DNA from: Bacteroidota bacterium
GTDB taxonomy: Bacteria > Bacteroidota > Bacteroidia > UBA7662
Assembly: GCA_005799065.1 (NCBI GenBank)
Contig: SYHW01000060.1
Location: forward strand, 8,654-72,653
Direction: 5' to 3'
DNA: 64,000 bases
Shown here: positions 38,252 through 47,711 of the stretch, piece after piece
Numbering within the stretch: the stretch's first letter is position 1
How the letters are laid out: each line of letters begins with the position of its first letter
Translations under genes and position numbers: made by a program
Notes under the pieces: model-generated
Database searches by the model: none
The model's input: only the letters and a program-made list of their open reading frames with translations
What the model was told of the DNA's origin: nothing

Positions 38252-39122
38252 GACCTTAAAATCGATAACATCATATATAGGCTTATGGGGCCTCCTGATG
38301 GCCTGTCATGTGCAAGCTCAGCCTGTCTTCGTCCCAGTTCTTCAACGCTCACCCGCTTATATGGGTCCCAATGCACTTCCTCTGAGCTGGACACAGGAGC
38401 CCGCACCCCCCAAATATGGTCGGATCGATTTGTTGTGGGAAGTTCACCGGGGTGGGGGCGACCGCACCCATAATCCATTTGTCATGATCCGAGTGCCCTT
38501 CGCACCAGGAAAGGTCGTGATGGACCTGACTTGGAGGCCAGTGGAGTGGTTCAAGACCACCAACGAAACCCGAATTCTGAGGGGATCGCGCGATTCAACG
38601 GGCTTCAATGCCTCCGATCTATGGGTTGCATTCCTGGCCAAAATACTTGCCGCTGAAGGACGCGGAAAAGGTTGGGATTTATCGCTCCATGTAGCCACAA
38701 AAACCACAGCCGGTAAGAACTTTGAAAGTGCCAGGCACACCAACGCACCGGGCTATTTGTTCGAATTGCAAGGCGGACGTGTTTGGAGTCGTCCGGGTCG
38801 TTTCCCCGACAGAATTTCGGTATTTGCACGCGGAGGATTGTTGGTGTGGCAGGAGTCACTCTATGCCCAAAATGATGCATTTTCCTGGGGGGTTCGCAGC
38901 CATTTTGGCTATAAAAGTTGGCAATTGGGCGCTGAGTTAACAGGCTATCAAGGATGGATTGGAAATGGGGATAGTCCGGTCGCTGCCCGCATCGACATGA
39001 AATCCCCAGGGCAACGCATGCAAGGAATAATTGGATACCAATATGCTTTTAGTGACTTATCCACCCACCTTTTTCGTGCGGGATTATCTTTCCCAATCCA
39101 TCCGCAGCCCAAATCGAATTGA
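38241..39122 (+). CDS. hypothetical secreted protein (293 aa)
   Basis: Signal peptide (SYIGLWGLLMACHVQAQP); Trp/Gly-rich; overlaps the upstream gene's stop by 11 nt. No family recognised. Confidence 0.45.
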   Translation: MQNRTLKSITSYIGLWGLLMACHVQAQPVFVPVLQRSPAYMGPNALPLSWTQEPAPPKYGRIDLLWEVHRGGGDRTHNPFVMIRVPFAPGKVVMDLTWRPVEWFKTTNETRILRGSRDSTGFNASDLWVAFLAKILAAEGRGKGWDLSLHVATKTTAGKNFESARHTNAPGYLFELQGGRVWSRPGRFPDRISVFARGGLLVWQESLYAQNDAFSWGVRSHFGYKSWQLGAELTGYQGWIGNGDSPVAARIDMKSPGQRMQGIIGYQYAFSDLSTHLFRAGLSFPIHPQPKSN

Positions 39123-39162
39123 ATATCGTGAACATGATCGTTTACTTTAATAGCACAAACCA

Positions 39163-39831
39163 ATGAGTTGGCAAAAGAAACAAGGTTTGACTTTGGTGAT
39201 CACGGGCCTGCTCATGGGTGCTGCAGTTTATGGCACTGATGTGTGGAAAAGCAAGCAGATGTTGGCACAGGTGTGTGCAAAGCCCATAGCAGAACCGGCA
39301 GGAAAGTGGGAGGACTGCTTGTCTAAGGTGAAGTTTTTAAAAAAAGGAACATTAACAGGGGTAGTTCTTATGTGCAGTGATCGAGCCATCAAGCCAGAAC
39401 ATATTCTGCCCAGAGATATACCTAAATCCATCAAGGTAATATGCCTCTACCCCGACTCTTTATCCATTCAGGCGATGGATCATTACAGCACGCAAGAACG
39501 CGCGTCATGGCCAACTGAGTGGCACAGACAATATCAATTGTATAAAAAATTAGAACGCCAACGCTTGTCGATAGCGCTCAACAGCAGTGGTGAACAGAGA
39601 ACCAAGGATGTGCACGCGGCACTTCTTCCGTTGGATTTACTCACACAGATGCGAACCCAGGCTTATCGCAGTTCGGTCGCTGGATTACTATTGGGCGAAT
39701 TTGCGCGGCAGTGTATCAGTCGAGAGGAATCGCACTGGTTATTGATATACGATGGCCTTTTGCATCAGGAAATTAAAGACAAATTCACCAAAAATCCCAG
39801 AATCCACTATGAAGAATGGGGTGATGAGTAG
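39163..39831 (+). CDS. hypothetical protein with N-terminal signal/anchor (222 aa)
   Basis: Hydrophobic N-terminus LTLVITGLLMGAAVYG; no recognisable domain. Confidence 0.45.
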   Translation: MSWQKKQGLTLVITGLLMGAAVYGTDVWKSKQMLAQVCAKPIAEPAGKWEDCLSKVKFLKKGTLTGVVLMCSDRAIKPEHILPRDIPKSIKVICLYPDSLSIQAMDHYSTQERASWPTEWHRQYQLYKKLERQRLSIALNSSGEQRTKDVHAALLPLDLLTQMRTQAYRSSVAGLLLGEFARQCISREESHWLLIYDGLLHQEIKDKFTKNPRIHYEEWGDE

Positions 39832-42800
39832 ATTATACTGCTGCTTTGTGTTCATCATTCTGCTGAACAGCTTTGCCTCGGCCCAGAATGATGAAGGGTG
39901 GATGATTCCCAACGGTGGACAATGGCCAGCCCAAGTATTGGCCCATACCGACTTGCCCGGGATGCGCATTTTTGTAGAACGCGACCGCCTCACTTGGGTG
40001 CATACAGACCGAAATGCTCTGGCTGAAGCCCATGCCCATCCAGGAGCAGGGGTTAGCCTGAAAGCCCATGCTTGGCAGAGTATTTTTGTAGGCAGCAGCT
40101 TTAGCGGCCATCCAACCTTTACGGACCCAGGTACGCATACGGTCAGTTATTTTTTAGGGAACGATTCCAATCGGTGGGCAGGTGGACTCACTCCAGCGCG
40201 TGGAATGACCTTAACCGATTTTTATCCAGGAATCGACCTAATTATTCAGACCAAAGGCGGTTTTAAGTATGAGTTTAGACTGCGACAAGGTGCGCGCATC
40301 GATCAAATTCAATGTAGGGTGGAAGGGGTCGAATGGTCTTTGAAGGAAAGAAAAAGAATCAATTACCGATCCAAAATTCACTCCATCACCGAAGAAGCAC
40401 CAAGGGCTTGGTCCATTTCTGACACGGGCCAAGAGCAAGATGTTCCGATGACATTGAAGCGCAGGGCATCAACTTGGAGTTTTGAAGTAGGTCATTGGCC
40501 GGCGAATAGTGTTCTGGTGCTCGATCCAGTGCTGGTTGGAAGTACGTTTACGGGATCGTCGGCCGATAATTGGGGTTTTTCGGCGACATACGCCTCAGAT
40601 GGTTCAATTTTTTTAGGGGGAATCGTTTTTGATGTGGGTTACCCCACCAGTATTGGGGCCTACGACATCAGCTTCAATGGAGGTACGGATATGGTAGTCA
40701 GTAAATATGCCCCCGACGCCACTACCTTAATCTACAGCACCCACTTAGGTGGCGCATCGGGCGATACCTTGCTCAGTCTCGTTTCGGATGCCCAAAATCG
40801 TTTATATGTCTTGGGAAAAAGCCTGTCTACCAACTACCCAGCATTTGGATTTGATCCCTCGCACAACGGAGGAATGGACTATGTGGTGTCGCGCCTCAAC
40901 CCAACCGGTACACAACTGCTGTCGTCGACCTACCTAGGCGGAAATGGAATGGATGGAGAGAACTTCGGAAGTACCCAAATGCAAAACTTGAACGCGTTGT
41001 GGTTTAATTACGGCGACAACAACCGCGGCGAGATCACCCTCGACCCTGCAGGTCGGGTCTTGATTGTAGGAAATACGACCTCTACGAACTTCCCGACCAG
41101 CGGCCTTTCGGCCCACCAGCAAGCCATGGCTGGCGTGCAGGATGGGGTTTTGGTAAAATTATCTGCGAACCTAGACAGCCTCATCTACGGCACCTACTTG
41201 GGGGGCGACCAGCAGGACGCCATCTATGGCATCCGTGCTATGGGCGTGGACACAGTCTACTTAACGGGCAGCACATTCAGCAATAATTTCCCAATTTCAT
41301 TATCCATGGGCGGCTACATTCCTCAATACCAGGGTGGAGGCGACGGGTTCCTAATGGCCATACGCACCACTGGGGGCCCACCAATATTTGGAACCTTTAT
41401 AGGCAACGCAACCTACCAGCAAGCCTATTTGCTCGATCGAGATGCAGAAGGTAGGGTATACGTTACGGGGATTAGTACATCTGCACTGGCCATTACACCC
41501 AGCGCAATCTATAATAATCCGGGTGGAAAGCACTTCATTCAGGTGTTCAGCTCAGATTTGGATAGTTTGCTTCGGGGCACCATGATTGGAGCGAATTCCG
41601 CGGGCCCCAATTTTTCGCCAACAGCCTTTATGGTCGATGTATGTGGTAAGGTGTATCTGACCGGGTGGGGCGGTTCAGTGAATACGGCCAGGAACATACA
41701 TGTATCGTCTATGGTGGGCCTACCCGTCACCGCTCAGAGGCTACAGGCCAACACCGACCATCACGATATGTATGTCATGGTTCTTGAATCCAATCTCGAT
41801 TCGTTGCTGTATGGTTCATTTTTTGGGGGGGGACTTTCGCGGGAGCATGTCGATGGGGGAACCTGTCGATTTTCGCGCGATGGAGTGATTTACCACGCCG
41901 TTTGTGCTGGATGCGGGGGAGGAAACGACGATTTTCCTACCACAACGGGTGCCTGGTCAGCCACCAATAATTCGTTGAATTGCAATGCGGCTGTCTTTAA
42001 AATTGATCTTCAGTATGTTCAGCCGGTAGCGGGTTTTGCTACCCAATACCCAGACACTTTTGTCTGTATGGGCATGCCAGTCCAGTTTTTTTCAACAGGA
42101 ACATTGAGTGGTACATTCCTTTGGGACTTTGGGGTTCCGGGTGCACAATCCACACAACCCAATCCCACCTTCTCCTTTCCGGCGCCAGGCACGTATAGGG
42201 TTACCCAACGCATCAGCAGTTGTGTGGGTACAGACACCATCGGACGCAACATCATCGTGAAACCAGTTCCGACGCTACTGATGCAACAAGTTCCTGCTAT
42301 TTGTCTGGGTGATTCAGCGACCCTCACTGCCTCAGGCGCTCGGGTCTACGAATGGGATTCCCTATATTCGGGTGGTGGAAACCGGTCATCCAGCATTCGG
42401 GTTGCTCCTCCAGCCAGCCGGTGGTATCGGGTGGTGGCCTACGATTCGCTCGGATGCCCAGTGACCGACAGTGTTTGGGTACGTGTTAACATCCCCAGAA
42501 GGGTGTTTTCGGGCGCGGTATATCGCTATTGTTTAGGAGATACCGCACGAATTAGTGTGCCCGCTGCGGGCTATTCGAGCGTGCAGTGGATTTCCGATCC
42601 AGAGATAACCTCCACTACTGCTTTTAACCAGAAATTCGCCTCAATGCAAGCCCGTTGGGTATATCTGGAGCTAACCGACACAGCGGGTTGTCGGCTGCGT
42701 GATAGCCTTCGCCTAAGCCCGTTTATCTCTCTTTCGGTAGATGCCGGACCGAACCGAACCATTTGTTCGCCAACGCAACTAACATTTGTGGCACAAGCGC

Positions 42801-43465
42801 CGCCACAGGCGCGTTTTCTTTGGAGCACAGGCGATACCAGTCGACAAATTAGTTTTTTCGCCGGGCAGAGTCAGACGATTTGGGTTAGAGCCTTTGATCC
42901 ACCCTGTTCGAGTTTAACGGATACCATTCAAATTACATTCGAGCCCCTCCAGGCCGCATTTGGATTTAGACCGGATACGGGTTATGCCCCGCAGACCGTT
43001 TCTTTCACCCAACTCAGTTCGGGGGCAGCAGTGAGGCGCTATCTGTGGACATTCGGTGACGGAGGCACGAGCACCCTTCCAGCCCCCGTGTATACATACA
43101 TGCGCCCAGGGCGATATACCATTGTCTTGCGGATCGACGGCGATGACCCATCCTGTTTCGATACAGCACAATCCGATATATGGATCGATTCCGTTGGAAT
43201 ACGCCTGCCAACAGCATTCACACCCGATGGAGATGGGGTCAATGATGTGTTTACTGGTTTTAACTATGGTTTTGAAACCTTAAGCATTTCAATTTTTGAT
43301 CGTTGGGGGCGTTTGGTGCACACCGAATCCTTACCTCGAGTCTATTGGGATGGAACACAGCAGGGCGTGCCACTGCCGGCTGGTTCTTATCCCTATATCA
43401 TACGTGCTGTACAAAAAAACGGTGTTCGCAGAACGCTGAAAGGGGTAGTCGATTTGATACGATGA
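39824..43465 (+). CDS. large secreted cell-surface protein (1213 aa) with SBBP beta-propeller repeats, a PKD-like domain and a T9SS type-B C-terminal sorting domain (gliding-motility-associated CTD)
   Basis: Signal peptide (MSRLYCCFVFIILLNSFASAQ). Repeated LGG..D.....D..G..Y..G.T.S..FP units. C-terminus AFTPDGDGVNDVF...GRLV...GTQQG..LPAGSYPYIIRA matches the type-B (CHU_C-like) CTD. 8-nt overlap with the upstream gene. Confidence 0.7.
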   Translation: MSRLYCCFVFIILLNSFASAQNDEGWMIPNGGQWPAQVLAHTDLPGMRIFVERDRLTWVHTDRNALAEAHAHPGAGVSLKAHAWQSIFVGSSFSGHPTFTDPGTHTVSYFLGNDSNRWAGGLTPARGMTLTDFYPGIDLIIQTKGGFKYEFRLRQGARIDQIQCRVEGVEWSLKERKRINYRSKIHSITEEAPRAWSISDTGQEQDVPMTLKRRASTWSFEVGHWPANSVLVLDPVLVGSTFTGSSADNWGFSATYASDGSIFLGGIVFDVGYPTSIGAYDISFNGGTDMVVSKYAPDATTLIYSTHLGGASGDTLLSLVSDAQNRLYVLGKSLSTNYPAFGFDPSHNGGMDYVVSRLNPTGTQLLSSTYLGGNGMDGENFGSTQMQNLNALWFNYGDNNRGEITLDPAGRVLIVGNTTSTNFPTSGLSAHQQAMAGVQDGVLVKLSANLDSLIYGTYLGGDQQDAIYGIRAMGVDTVYLTGSTFSNNFPISLSMGGYIPQYQGGGDGFLMAIRTTGGPPIFGTFIGNATYQQAYLLDRDAEGRVYVTGISTSALAITPSAIYNNPGGKHFIQVFSSDLDSLLRGTMIGANSAGPNFSPTAFMVDVCGKVYLTGWGGSVNTARNIHVSSMVGLPVTAQRLQANTDHHDMYVMVLESNLDSLLYGSFFGGGLSREHVDGGTCRFSRDGVIYHAVCAGCGGGNDDFPTTTGAWSATNNSLNCNAAVFKIDLQYVQPVAGFATQYPDTFVCMGMPVQFFSTGTLSGTFLWDFGVPGAQSTQPNPTFSFPAPGTYRVTQRISSCVGTDTIGRNIIVKPVPTLLMQQVPAICLGDSATLTASGARVYEWDSLYSGGGNRSSSIRVAPPASRWYRVVAYDSLGCPVTDSVWVRVNIPRRVFSGAVYRYCLGDTARISVPAAGYSSVQWISDPEITSTTAFNQKFASMQARWVYLELTDTAGCRLRDSLRLSPFISLSVDAGPNRTICSPTQLTFVAQAPPQARFLWSTGDTSRQISFFAGQSQTIWVRAFDPPCSSLTDTIQITFEPLQAAFGFRPDTGYAPQTVSFTQLSSGAAVRRYLWTFGDGGTSTLPAPVYTYMRPGRYTIVLRIDGDDPSCFDTAQSDIWIDSVGIRLPTAFTPDGDGVNDVFTGFNYGFETLSISIFDRWGRLVHTESLPRVYWDGTQQGVPLPAGSYPYIIRAVQKNGVRRTLKGVVDLIR

Positions 43466-43568
43466 GTATTTAATCTCACCTACTAGATATCCCAAAAATC
43501 CGTATCTTTGCACCCGCGTATAAGCACCCGCGTATAAAAAAATCGGTTCTTGGAAGAATCGGTTCAAT

Positions 43569-43644
43569 GATTCCGTAGCTCAGCAGGTAGAGCAATACAC
43601 TTTTAATGTATGGGTCCTGGGTTCGAATCCCAGCGGAATCACCA
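43569..43644 (+). tRNA. tRNA-Lys (anticodon UUU), CCA-encoded
   Basis: Cloverleaf folded by hand: 7-bp acceptor stem gattccg/cggaatc, D-arm gctc...gagc, anticodon stem ataca/tgtat with loop cTTTTaa, T-arm ctggg-ttcgaat-cccag, discriminator A then CCA. 76 nt. Confidence 0.85.
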
Positions 43645-43761
43645 GATTTCTTTCGACCAAATGGGCTCAAAGCAACCAATTAGCTCAATTTTTTCTTTTT
43701 GTGCGTTGAGTTCTCGGGCTATATTGCTGTGATCTAAGCAGCAAGAAAGCAGGTCATATGA

Positions 43762-45699
43762 TTACGAACCGGCTTCGTTTATGTTCGAATCTGTTTCGAT
43801 CATTTCATTGATAAAACTGACATAAACGCTCGTCCCCTGGCCCGGTGCGCTTTCAATGCGCACTTGATGGTTTTTCATCCTTTTCAGCCGATTTCGTACA
43901 CTTTTTAGCCCAAGACCACCCCTCGATTGAGTAACTTCGAATCCTACTCCATTGTCGGTAACACACAATTGGACGCACCCATCTGTTTCAGTCAATTCAA
44001 CGTATACAGAGGTTGCAGCCGAGTGCTTAACGATGTTGGAAAGACATTCCTGACAAATTCTGTAGAGATTCAGGGCGGTCGAAGGAAAAAGTTGTACCTT
44101 TTCAATTTCATAATCCAGATGAAAAGCACAAGTGGGGCGAGATATGTTGAAGAACCGTAACAACCGGGTAAGTTCATCTTTAAGTTTTGGGGCATCCATA
44201 GGGTGTGGATCCATTTGATAGGATAATGCACGGACTTCATTCAACCCCTGGTCAAGAGAGATTAGACCCCGTCGATAACCTTCCCAATCCTTCGGTTGCC
44301 ATTCTGATTGATCCGCTTTTTTCATCGGCATCATCATGCGGGCATTCATGAGAAGTGCTGCGAGATGATCGTGAAGCTCTTGGCCAAGCCGCCTTCGTTC
44401 TGACTCTTGTCCCATTACAAACGATCTGTCTATGTCATTTTGCTTTCGCATGAGTAAATCCGACAATTGCTCTCGACGTTTTCTTTGCAAATAGAGTTCA
44501 TAAAATGACTCCCAAGTGATGATCCCCAATGCGATGAGCGCCCCCGGGAATACTGAAAATCCGAATAGATCAAGAACACTGAGCCAAGACCGGGCCTCAA
44601 TGAACCCGCCAACAATGAAACTGAGGGTAGCCGCTAAGAGGGCTATCGATCGGTGTTTCGCCAACGGATATGCGAAAATGCAACTCCACAACATGAGAAA
44701 GAGACCCGGTAATTGCAAAATCATCATCGCTGGGATAATGCTGTGGCGCCATTCCTTTAGATATGGCCAAAAAATCGCATAGAGTGGGATACTCAGGGCC
44801 ACCCCCAAGCTAATCCCATGCAACCACCGATCCAGCAGCGGTACAGATCGCTCGGTGCGCAAAAAAGCCATACCAAAGCGAATATAAAGGGCATACAAGA
44901 TGGCTGCCAAAACCCAGGCTACATGATTGGCGGTGCCACCACGCAACAGCCAGCCAAATTCGCGCGCATGGCCAAATTTCACCAGTGCAAGCAAGCCTAA
45001 AGTAAAGGCGAGCATTGAGAGCCATAAATAGAGTGGCCGCCCTTCAGTGACTGCCAATAAAAATGCCAACAAGCTTAAACACAGGAGCACCCCCAGTTTC
45101 AAGGACCATAGTGTGCTTTCATTCAGGCGAAATTCAGCGTAGGCACTGGTTGATGCCACAAATATGGGCGAATTCATCCGCGTACTTAGGGTGTTTCTGA
45201 CCCGAATCAACAGCATGATCCGGGCTTTTGGTTTTACCAAAAGCGGTAATGACGGTAAGCGATCGGGAAAAGACCAGCGCGGAAGATCCACCATATAACC
45301 GGCAATACCTGCCTCATATATTCCCAGACCATCATCTCTGAAAAACGCCACCGAATCGAGGAAAGGATTATTCAAGAAAATCGTAATGTTATGCTGAAAA
45401 TCAGTCGGATTGTGTATATCGAACCGAGCCCAATAGGCCGATTGAGAGATGATGATCTGATCTTGTTCTACGCGCATCATCTTCTCGGCCAAGCTCGGTG
45501 CAGAGAATAACTTCGCCATCTCTTCAGGTTCCAGACTCAGCGTGGGCTCTGTATAAAAGGGGATGTGTTGTAGATGCTTTGGTTCGCCAAAATCAATCGG
45601 AAGATTTAGAATCGGGACTGCGCAAACCGGAAGAGATGTGGCCCAAATCCACAGGATCCAAAAGGAATGAAACGTGCGATGGATGCTGCTGCTGTTCAC
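43762..45699 (-). CDS. sensor histidine kinase with 7TMR-DISM extracellular and 7TM domains, HisKA_3 plus HATPase_c
   Basis: N-terminal signal plus a large extracytoplasmic domain, 7 TM helices, H-box ELHDHLAALL, C-terminal GGLGLKSVRNR...GQGTSV ATPase. Confidence 0.8.
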   Translation of the reverse strand: MNSSSIHRTFHSFWILWIWATSLPVCAVPILNLPIDFGEPKHLQHIPFYTEPTLSLEPEEMAKLFSAPSLAEKMMRVEQDQIIISQSAYWARFDIHNPTDFQHNITIFLNNPFLDSVAFFRDDGLGIYEAGIAGYMVDLPRWSFPDRLPSLPLLVKPKARIMLLIRVRNTLSTRMNSPIFVASTSAYAEFRLNESTLWSLKLGVLLCLSLLAFLLAVTEGRPLYLWLSMLAFTLGLLALVKFGHAREFGWLLRGGTANHVAWVLAAILYALYIRFGMAFLRTERSVPLLDRWLHGISLGVALSIPLYAIFWPYLKEWRHSIIPAMMILQLPGLFLMLWSCIFAYPLAKHRSIALLAATLSFIVGGFIEARSWLSVLDLFGFSVFPGALIALGIITWESFYELYLQRKRREQLSDLLMRKQNDIDRSFVMGQESERRRLGQELHDHLAALLMNARMMMPMKKADQSEWQPKDWEGYRRGLISLDQGLNEVRALSYQMDPHPMDAPKLKDELTRLLRFFNISRPTCAFHLDYEIEKVQLFPSTALNLYRICQECLSNIVKHSAATSVYVELTETDGCVQLCVTDNGVGFEVTQSRGGLGLKSVRNRLKRMKNHQVRIESAPGQGTSVYVSFINEMIETDSNINEAGS

Positions 45700-45726
45700 A
45701 ATAGGGCGACTGTTGTCGTTCGGAAA

Positions 45727-46380
45727 TTAGGGCAGTAAATGGTGTTTTATAGCGTATGATACCAAAGCAGCACTACTGTGAAGGCCGGCTTTTTCCAAAA
45801 TATTTCGGCGGTGCGTCGATATCGTTTCTACACTTAATCCCAATTTGGATGCGATTTCTTTTGAGCTTAAATCTTGGGCAACCAAACCGAGCACCTCACG
45901 CTCGCGGCGGGTGAAATTGGGAAGATCTATGGTACGTTCTGCATTAGGTTCTTCCGGCCAATGCATCCCACCCCGAACGAGCCGCCAAACAACTTCTTCC
46001 AGATGCTTTTGGTCGCCTTTTTTCATAAAAAAACCGTTTGCGCCTTTCAAATAGGCATCGCGCAGCAAGTGCATGCTGTCGTACATGGTCATGATCAGTA
46101 CTTTTTGAAGCGGATTTTTTTCCTTGATCCGTTCAAGAAGTTCGAGCCCCCCCATCGGATTCATTCGAATATCGGTGATGATCAGCTCGAAATCCGATCC
46201 CGAATCCAAAGCGAAGAGCAAGTCTTCACCTGTACAAAATGAATCTACCTGTTCAACAAACGAAAACTGGCCAATGATCCACTGCAATCCATCGAGTAGG
46301 ATTTGATGATCGTCGACCAAGGCTATTTTGTATTGGGTGTCTGTTGATTGTATTTCGGGAACTTGCTTGAGGTCAACCAT
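45727..46380 (-). CDS. response regulator, NarL/LuxR family (REC plus HTH)
   Basis: IALVDDHQILLDGL...ITDIRMNPMGGLELL; C-terminal LTRREREVLGLVAQDLSSKEIASKLGLSVETISTHRRNILEKAG. The ORF track extends to 46569, but the first ATG compatible with a REC domain is 46380. Confidence 0.85.
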   Translation of the reverse strand: MVDLKQVPEIQSTDTQYKIALVDDHQILLDGLQWIIGQFSFVEQVDSFCTGEDLLFALDSGSDFELIITDIRMNPMGGLELLERIKEKNPLQKVLIMTMYDSMHLLRDAYLKGANGFFMKKGDQKHLEEVVWRLVRGGMHWPEEPNAERTIDLPNFTRREREVLGLVAQDLSSKEIASKLGLSVETISTHRRNILEKAGLHSSAALVSYAIKHHLLP

Positions 46381-46405
46381 ATTAAAAATTGGATAAGTTG
46401 TAGTA

Positions 46406-47068
46406 TTAAGGAGAAAGTCGGACGATGGTCCATGCTCCTGCTTCGTCGATGGAATATTTAAGCCGATCATGCAGGCGAGAACGGCGACCTTGCCAAAACT
46501 CGAACGCAGTGGGTTTAAGGCGATAACCTCCCCAATGGGGCGGGCGGGGTATGGGCATGGGATCGGCAAATTGAGCGCTAACGGCCTCCATAGCTTTTTC
46601 TAATGCCTCGCGATTCGTTAAGGGCTGGCTCTGCGCACTTGCCCAAGCACCCAATCGACTTCCCATAGGACGTGATTGGAAATAAGCGTCGCTTTCCGTT
46701 TCGTCTACGCGAGAAACATGTCCTGTAATCCTGATTTGCCGCTCATTTTCTGGCCAAAAAAAAGTGGCCGCTGCCCGGGGGTTTGCTTCTAAATGCCGGC
46801 CTTTGTCGCTGTTATAATTGGTGTAGAAGGTGAGGCCGCGCTCGTCGCAGCCCCTTAGCAATACGATTCTTCCCGATGGCATTCCATCCGCATCAACCGT
46901 AGAGAGATGCATAGCGTTTGGTTCAGGTTGACCGCTGTTCATGGCCTCCCCAATCCACTGTTCAAAGAGCGGGAATGGATTCTGAGGTACATTCGATTCA
47001 AGAAGAATATCGCGCTCATATTCTATCCGCAGTTGATTGAGTGGTTGCACCCCTTGGTCGTTTTTCAT
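46406..47068 (-). CDS. pdxH: pyridoxamine 5'-phosphate oxidase
   Basis: RIVLLRG...FYTNYNSDKGRHLEANPRAAATFFW...IRITG and the C-terminal EFWQGR motif. Confidence 0.9.
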   Translation of the reverse strand: MKNDQGVQPLNQLRIEYERDILLESNVPQNPFPLFEQWIGEAMNSGQPEPNAMHLSTVDADGMPSGRIVLLRGCDERGLTFYTNYNSDKGRHLEANPRAAATFFWPENERQIRITGHVSRVDETESDAYFQSRPMGSRLGAWASAQSQPLTNREALEKAMEAVSAQFADPMPIPRPPHWGGYRLKPTAFEFWQGRRSRLHDRLKYSIDEAGAWTIVRLSP

Positions 47069-47120
47069 GTCGATTACAAACTATTACGCCAAATATATCG
47101 TTATTTTCGTCACTTGATTT

Positions 47121-47711
47121 ATGTCATCCCAACAAAACCCAAAACAATCCTTCGGCCTCGATCAGCCATTGGTTGCGGGTACGCTGTTCGCAGCCTGTCC
47201 CTTTCTTTCCGATGCCCCATTCTATCGGAGGTTACTCTTGTTGGCCGAGCATGGACCTTCAGGTAGCGTGGCTTTTGTTTTGAATGAGTACAGTGGATAC
47301 AGATTGGGTGCACTTTTACCTGGCTTTGCCGGGTGGGATGCGCCCGTTTGGACCGGTGGACCTGTTGAAACGGACACCCTGCACATTGTTCAGGTTCAAT
47401 CTCCGGGTTTGGCCGACAGCATTGAATTGCTGCCCGGTATTTGGTGGAACGCACATCCGGCACAAGCCATGAAATTGGCCGCTGAAGGGTTGTTAGACCA
47501 AAACAAATGGTATTTTTTTCTGGGTTATGCGGGTTGGTCGGCCCGGCAGCTTGAGCAAGAGTACGAAGATCATTACTGGATTTCCGGTCCATATCATCCT
47601 GATTTTATGCCCAGGGAGGGGTCCATTGCTCCATGGTCTCAATTTCTATATAAATTAGGCGAGCCTTACTCTTGGCTCAGCCGTGCACCTCGTCATCCCA
47701 GCCTCAACTGA
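47121..47711 (+). CDS. YqgE/AlgH family protein (UPF0301, DUF179)
   Basis: GSVAFVLNE...GGPVETDTLHIV...FLGYAGWSARQLEQE is the family signature. Confidence 0.7.
   Translation: MSSQQNPKQSFGLDQPLVAGTLFAACPFLSDAPFYRRLLLLAEHGPSGSVAFVLNEYSGYRLGALLPGFAGWDAPVWTGGPVETDTLHIVQVQSPGLADSIELLPGIWWNAHPAQAMKLAAEGLLDQNKWYFFLGYAGWSARQLEQEYEDHYWISGPYHPDFMPREGSIAPWSQFLYKLGEPYSWLSRAPRHPSLN

Noticed and set aside
43466-43568. Searched the intergenic regions for tmRNA, RNase P RNA, SRP RNA or riboswitch signatures
   Set aside because: No conserved cores (for example GGGGCUGAUUCUGGAUUCGACG, or the RNase P and SRP conserved boxes) were recognisable by eye. Absence is not proven without covariance-model searches.
43476-43679. 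67-aa minus-strand ORF (…GIRTQDPYIKSVLLYLLSYGI…)
   Set aside because: It is the reverse-complement translation of the tRNA-Lys gene.
43645-43761. Possible terminator or sRNA between tRNA-Lys and the sensor kinase 3' end
   Set aside because: Only weak stems (ttgctg-N9-cagcaa; gct...agc before TCAATTTTTT). Neither has a convincing GC-rich stem plus U-tract.
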